The notes below the pieces were generated by a model, which worked only from the letters and a program-made list of their open reading frames with translations, was not told the DNA's origin and made no database searches. A program made the translations under genes and the position numbers. Shown piece by piece: positions 58,839 through 64,000 of a stretch of 64,000 nt of DNA (the first letter of the stretch is position 1; the number at the start of each line of letters is the position of its first letter). Origin of the DNA: Candidatus Micrarchaeota archaeon (GTDB lineage Archaea; Micrarchaeota; Micrarchaeia; Anstonellales; Bilamarchaeaceae). The stretch covers positions 7,015 through 71,014 of the forward strand of contig JAHJCT010000024.1 of assembly GCA_018812715.1 (NCBI GenBank), written 5' to 3'.

Positions 58839-59501
58839 ATGGAAGAATTTTATGGGAGGTTTAGAATTTATAATAAATTTTTAGAAGCTCAAAAGTCAGA
58901 TACGATATTGAGTGTTGGCTGTAGAAGTGCATTTTTTGAAGAAAAAATTGCTGATAAAGTAAAGGCTATTTATGCAATAGATATTGATAGGAGACAGATA
59001 GAGAAAAATAAAAAAGGAAAAACTATTGTTGTATTTGGTTATAGTGATATAACCAAAAGGATTAACTTTTCAGATAATTACTTTGATAAAGTAATTTTTA
59101 CAGAAGTTATGGAGCATCTTCCTAGAGAAACTGAGATTAGAGCATTGAGAGAGATAAATAGAATTCTCAAAAGTGAAGGACAAATACTTTTTTCTACACC
59201 TTATAGCCATCCACTATCCAATATTACTGACCCTACACTATGGTTAATGGATCATCGACATTATAAAGAGAAGGAGATATCAGATTATTTAGAAAAGACA
59301 GGTTTTGTAATTGAGAAGGTATTTATTGGTGGTGGATACCTCCAGGCATTTTTCACACCAATTTTTTATCTCCTCTGTCTGTTCAGAGTGCATGATTTAA
59401 TTGGTCGGGCAGCATTGGAAAGAGTAATTGACAGAGAATATAGAGACGGAAAAGGCTTCGGCACAATTATTATAAAGGCTAGAAAGGTAAGAAGAAAATA
59501 A
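58839..59501 (+). CDS. Class I SAM-dependent methyltransferase
   Basis: LSVGC, FDKVIFTEVMEHL, STP. Confidence 0.88.
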   Translation: MEEFYGRFRIYNKFLEAQKSDTILSVGCRSAFFEEKIADKVKAIYAIDIDRRQIEKNKKGKTIVVFGYSDITKRINFSDNYFDKVIFTEVMEHLPRETEIRALREINRILKSEGQILFSTPYSHPLSNITDPTLWLMDHRHYKEKEISDYLEKTGFVIEKVFIGGGYLQAFFTPIFYLLCLFRVHDLIGRAALERVIDREYRDGKGFGTIIIKARKVRRK

Positions 59502-59525
59502 ACGTGTGGGGATATTAAAGAAAAA

Positions 59526-62500
59526 ATGCAGCTTAACAAATGTTTTCTATTTTCTACATTCATATTTCTTATCCTCTCAGTTATATTTAATCTTCAAACA
59601 ATACTAACAGATGGATATCATTCGTATATAGATAAGAACGCCATAGTTGATGTGGGTTCTTTCAAAGAAGATTTCACCAGTATTTTTAAGAGCAAATATA
59701 ATGGCGCAAATTTAGATATGGTAAAAAGAATTGTAGTTGATTGGATTTTCTTCTTTATAGATTGGGAACAATACGATAAGATACGGTTTGCATTGCTTAC
59801 ATTTTTTACATTCTTCATAATGTACCTGGTTTCTTTAAGGATTATGGAAGAAGAAAAATACGAATTAACAGAATTCAAAAAGAATGCCATAGCCGTTGTT
59901 GCAGCTTTTTTCTACAGAGTAAATCCTTTAGCCATAGAACACTTTATTGCTTATTATCCTGAAGTTAGTTATGCAATTTTCCCCATCGCTTTTTATCTTA
60001 TTTATATGGCATTCAAAAGAAATAATGATGTATACTCTTTATTATTCGGTTTGGTTTCAGCAGTTCTTTTTCTTGTCGTAATACATAATGCAATTTACCT
60101 TGCAATTTTAGCTTGTTGTCTTAGTTTTGTAGCTCTTTTAACTAAAAAATCAAATGTTGAGAAGGTATTCGCAATCGCATTAAAATCAATAATTGGGTTC
60201 GTAGCATTGGCAATTTTTATAATTTTGCCAGTAACATATATGTCACTAAATAGTGGGCTACCTCATCCAGGATATGGCGATTCAATAAGCTATGTTGAGG
60301 CTGTTGGGGAAAAAGCAGAAATGCTTAACATTGTGTTACTTGATATTAATCTACATAACTGGCCGCTTTATTGGGGGGGTTACGAGTATCCATTTGGAGA
60401 TTTTTACTATATATCTATGGGTATCATTGTAGCTGTAATTTTCTTTGTATCAGTATACTACCGTAGTTTTCTCTCCATAGTAGCAACATTAAACTTTGGA
60501 GTTTTTTCACTATTAACTAATGGGGTCAACTCTCCAATAGGTAAATTTTATGAGTGGTTCATCTTCAATATAGAAATCGGATGGCTTATACGTGCCTCAC
60601 CAAAATTCTCTTTTCTTCTCCCTATGTTTTTTTCATTAGTCCTGATTCATTTTCTTGCCAAAATAGCATCTAAAAAATTAATATTTAGTTTGTGTCTTTT
60701 CATTATAATAATTCATCAAAGTATTTTTACTTGGCCAGTGTGGACTGGGAATATGGATGGAAGAACAAATAAATGGCCTGCAAATCCAGAGATAATAGAA
60801 ATCATAGATATACTAAAAAATGATACCGCAGAATTAGGAAAAGTTGCATGGTTTGGAGATTATGCAGCCAGTTCACCAAGAGAAAACATAATTCCAGCTG
60901 GAAATAGAAATCTTGCTTTGAGAAAAATTATAGATAATGAAAATGCTCAAAATCGGATCTCAGAATTAAGTCCAGCACTAGAAATAAAATATCTACTCAT
61001 AGATAAAAATGCAAGAGAACCATTTTCATATTTCGGATATGCTAAAAATGCTATCCCAAATCTTAAACAAAAATTCTCAACAGTATATGATGGGGATAGA
61101 TTTATACTTTTTGAAGTTAATGATAATTTGGAAAGATTTTACTTACCTAAAGCAGTATTTATGATATTTACTGGTTATGATGATCTTGAGATAGTTTCAT
61201 CTGAGGTTTCGATTAAGAAAGACATTGCATTGATAATTGGAGATAGTAATATTGGTATGGGAAAGAAAACAGATGACTACGTAGATATCGTTATATTCAA
61301 TTCAATGAACACACCCTTTACAAACATGAATAAATCTAATATAATAGAAGTTAGGGATTGGGTAGATCAAACAGAGATTGATACAGAATGGTATAACGGA
61401 ATGGCTCTTGATGATACTTGGAAAGGAACATGGCTTAGAATTATTGAAGCGAAACAGCTAGAATCAGATCAAGAAGATTTTGGTTATGGATTGGTATTTA
61501 CATCAGAATCAAAAATATATGCTCAAGTGCAGGAAAATGGAATGTTTTTTTCTTTGCAAGAATTAGAGTTTGATGAATCAAACAATTCTATGTTTACAGA
61601 AAGAATATTATTAAATCAAAGTAAAGCAATTCAGGTTTCGGCAGAAATGGAACTTGAGAATATTGATAGCTGTTGGGTAACTGTTTTGTTCTACAATATT
61701 AACGATAGTTATGTGGGGCAGCAGATAATAGCTGAAGGTGAAGAAGAAAGTTTCAATATCACGAAATCAGTAGAACTTGTTGAAGAAGCAGAGTATTTCA
61801 AATTATTTGTATTGGCACATGGATTCAAGGAACAGAGCAACGTGATCATAAACAACTTTGAGGTCCGCGAACTCGAAATATTGTATAATACAATAGATAC
61901 TGGTTTTGATGTTAATAAAACTGATAATTATGAAATATTTTTAAGAATCTTTAAAAGCCCTCGAGGAGGAGAACTAGAAATTGCAACAAATGACGATTAT
62001 GCCTCCTTAATTAAAACTGAATCAAATGTCACTGGTTTTGAATGGGAAAAGATTTACAGCGGGGTACTTTATTCTGGTGAGAATATAATCAAGATAAAAA
62101 ACAAAGAGGGATTTAATGCGATTAACATTGGATATTATATAAGAAAGAATTATAGTGAAACTTATCTTGACAATAAAGGTATTATGTATGTATTCGAAGC
62201 AGAAAAAGAATTTGGCCAAAACAAAGTAGAATATTTTGAAGATATAAATTGTAGTAATGGGATTGGCGTTAAGTTCAATAACGAATCAAGTCTAAAAAGC
62301 AAGATCCACATTTATGAGGATCGTTTTTATTATGTGGATTATAAGGGCAAGAATATTTCTATAACTATAGATGACAACGAGGTAAATAACGAAGGAATGT
62401 TCCTCAAGAGGGGGGAATATACTTTAGACGTAGTATCTTATACGGACAACGCTATTCTTGATTACATCGTAATTTATGACGATATGGCTAGAAACATCTT

Positions 62501-62840
62501 GGAAGAACTCAAAAATGGAACCAGAAAGGAAAAAGGCATTGTTAATTATGAGAAAACTGGAAGAACAAGCTATGTTGTCTATGCGAATATAACAGAACCA
62601 ACTTTACTCATTTTTACTGCAGGCTATTACGAGGGTTTTGTTGCACAGATAAATGACAGATCTATAAAACCAATACCAATCTATTCAACAATAAATGCTT
62701 TTGCAATAAATGAAACAGGAAATTTTAGAATAGAGATCAAAGATACGCCTCAAGAGTGGTTAGATGTTGGGTTATTGCTATCCGCAACCAGTCTTATTCT
62801 AATAGGGGCATATATTTCAAAAAAGTGGTGTGATGATTAG
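59526..62840 (+). CDS. Large GT-C/YfhO-like membrane protein with extracellular beta domains
   Basis: FYRVNP, RASPKF, LEIKYLLIDK, C-terminal INAF plus TM helix. Confidence 0.7.
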   Translation: MQLNKCFLFSTFIFLILSVIFNLQTILTDGYHSYIDKNAIVDVGSFKEDFTSIFKSKYNGANLDMVKRIVVDWIFFFIDWEQYDKIRFALLTFFTFFIMYLVSLRIMEEEKYELTEFKKNAIAVVAAFFYRVNPLAIEHFIAYYPEVSYAIFPIAFYLIYMAFKRNNDVYSLLFGLVSAVLFLVVIHNAIYLAILACCLSFVALLTKKSNVEKVFAIALKSIIGFVALAIFIILPVTYMSLNSGLPHPGYGDSISYVEAVGEKAEMLNIVLLDINLHNWPLYWGGYEYPFGDFYYISMGIIVAVIFFVSVYYRSFLSIVATLNFGVFSLLTNGVNSPIGKFYEWFIFNIEIGWLIRASPKFSFLLPMFFSLVLIHFLAKIASKKLIFSLCLFIIIIHQSIFTWPVWTGNMDGRTNKWPANPEIIEIIDILKNDTAELGKVAWFGDYAASSPRENIIPAGNRNLALRKIIDNENAQNRISELSPALEIKYLLIDKNAREPFSYFGYAKNAIPNLKQKFSTVYDGDRFILFEVNDNLERFYLPKAVFMIFTGYDDLEIVSSEVSIKKDIALIIGDSNIGMGKKTDDYVDIVIFNSMNTPFTNMNKSNIIEVRDWVDQTEIDTEWYNGMALDDTWKGTWLRIIEAKQLESDQEDFGYGLVFTSESKIYAQVQENGMFFSLQELEFDESNNSMFTERILLNQSKAIQVSAEMELENIDSCWVTVLFYNINDSYVGQQIIAEGEEESFNITKSVELVEEAEYFKLFVLAHGFKEQSNVIINNFEVRELEILYNTIDTGFDVNKTDNYEIFLRIFKSPRGGELEIATNDDYASLIKTESNVTGFEWEKIYSGVLYSGENIIKIKNKEGFNAINIGYYIRKNYSETYLDNKGIMYVFEAEKEFGQNKVEYFEDINCSNGIGVKFNNESSLKSKIHIYEDRFYYVDYKGKNISITIDDNEVNNEGMFLKRGEYTLDVVSYTDNAILDYIVIYDDMARNILEELKNGTRKEKGIVNYEKTGRTSYVVYANITEPTLLIFTAGYYEGFVAQINDRSIKPIPIYSTINAFAINETGNFRIEIKDTPQEWLDVGLLLSATSLILIGAYISKKWCDD

Positions 62841-63006
62841 AACCAAATCTTTATTAGTTGCTTTTTCAGTTAGTTTAATTATAGCAAGTATATTATTTGT
62901 GATTGAAACGGGGATAAAAGCTCAGGGTATGGCAACATTATCCTGGTTGTTTTTGTTTCTTGCAACTCTTTTTTCAATGTTTGAATGTAATGAGAAAACC
63001 ATATAA
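62833..63006 (+). CDS. Small 2-TM protein (57 aa; not in ORF track)
   Basis: MIRTKSLLVAFSVSLIIASILFVIETGIKAQGMATLSWLFLFLATLFSMFECNEKTI; start overlaps the upstream stop. Confidence 0.55.
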   Translation: MIRTKSLLVAFSVSLIIASILFVIETGIKAQGMATLSWLFLFLATLFSMFECNEKTI

Positions 63007-63798
63007 TTTAGCAACAATAAAGCCGATAAAACCGGCACCATACTCAATAAATTTGAGAATAAAAAGACCACACACAGTTGCTGGTTTGTTCTTCAGATGT
63101 TTAGAAAGCCTGATAAGGAAAGCTTTCCTAGAAGCAAAAAAATTTTTTGAAGTTTTGCGATCCTTGGCCAAATAATTTGGCAGTGTTTTACCATATTTGT
63201 AGGACTTGATAAAGATGGAAGATATTGATAGATGATTTGTATTGTGGAGCACTTTTGAATTTATTTGTCCTATACTAAATTTTCGTTCTATTCTAGAATG
63301 AAAATCTTTATCTTCTCCCATCAGAAGAGTCCCATCATAACCGTGAAGAGAAAAAAAGACATCACGTAAGAAAACCCTAGCAGATTCGATATCTCTGTTT
63401 CCTAAATAACAGTTTTTTTCAAGATTTTTACACTTAGAAATGAAATTATTACCATGGCCAGTCTCAGGAATTATAAGTGCGCCGTGATCGGCTATCATCA
63501 ATATTATTTCTTCAAGAATTGTTTTTTCTAAAATCATATCTGAATCTATTGAAAGAAAAAAGGCACCATCAGCTTTGGAGAAACCGAAATTTCTAGAACT
63601 AGGTACTGATACTGAAGATGTAAACACTTTATCTGCATATTGTTCTGCTATTTTTCGTGTTCCATCATTGCTAAACCCATCAACAATTATTATTTCATAA
63701 TTCTGATAACTTTGATTTTTTATGGATTTTAAACAATCTTCAAGAGTTTTTTCTGAATTTTTTGTTGGAATAACAATACTTATCAATGGGTTTTTCAT
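62974..63798 (-). CDS. GT2 glycosyltransferase
   Basis: ISIVIPTKN, IIVDGFSNDGT, SRNFG, IDSD, GED. Confidence 0.94.
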   Translation of the reverse strand: MKNPLISIVIPTKNSEKTLEDCLKSIKNQSYQNYEIIIVDGFSNDGTRKIAEQYADKVFTSSVSVPSSRNFGFSKADGAFFLSIDSDMILEKTILEEIILMIADHGALIIPETGHGNNFISKCKNLEKNCYLGNRDIESARVFLRDVFFSLHGYDGTLLMGEDKDFHSRIERKFSIGQINSKVLHNTNHLSISSIFIKSYKYGKTLPNYLAKDRKTSKNFFASRKAFLIRLSKHLKNKPATVCGLFILKFIEYGAGFIGFIVAKLYGFLITFKH

Positions 63799-64000
63799 TC
63801 AATAACACCCTTGAGAAAGGACAGAAAATTTTTTGAAGTCTTGCTCCATGTAAATTTCTTTGAGAGTTTAATAGCAGCAATAGAAAGTTGATTTAAATTC
63901 TTAGTGTTTTGAAGTAAATTTAGGGTCGAGTTAGTTAAAGTAGCAATATCCCCATTCTCAACAAGATGTCCATTGACACCATCTTCTATACTATCACGTA
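63795..64000 (-). CDS. GT4 glycosyltransferase C-terminus (5' end outside window)
   Basis: Manual translation RDSIEDGVNGHLVENGD...KFTWSKT; ATGA overlap with the GT2 gene. Confidence 0.8.
   Translation of the reverse strand, partial: RDSIEDGVNGHLVENGDIATLTNSTLNLLQNTKNLNQLSIAAIKLSKKFTWSKTSKNFLSFLKGVIE

Overview
Archaeal chromosomal window. The markers are aRF1, uL11, Rpp21, Cdc6/Orc1, NMD3, DUF2070, type-2 IDI, TATA-box promoters and intron-containing tRNAs. Gene content and non-canonical tRNA introns suggest DPANN, most likely Micrarchaeota (inference). Bases ~2.5-17.2 kb are a tandem island at the 3' end of a tRNA-Cys gene that carries two introns. The island consists of a 1.4-kb relic (Fic gene) plus a 13.3-kb decayed conjugative-type integrative element. 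That element carries a tyrosine integrase, a VirB4/PD-(D/E)xK remnant, two VirB2-like pilins, a Cdc6 fragment, a 56-aa histone missing from the ORF track, a type I RM system with an embedded HEPN-like gene, and a recurring 14-bp palindrome. The backbone after it holds tRNA-Lys (T-loop intron), glnA/Lrp, two tandem and highly divergent RelA/SpoT-like (pseudo-HD + synthetase) genes, isoprenoid genes, rpl11 with a duplicated RBS and uORF leader, glmS, a split-function tandem beta-carbonic anhydrase, prf1, cdc6 and the start of a surface-glycosylation cluster. All calls were made by eye from motifs; no database searches were run.
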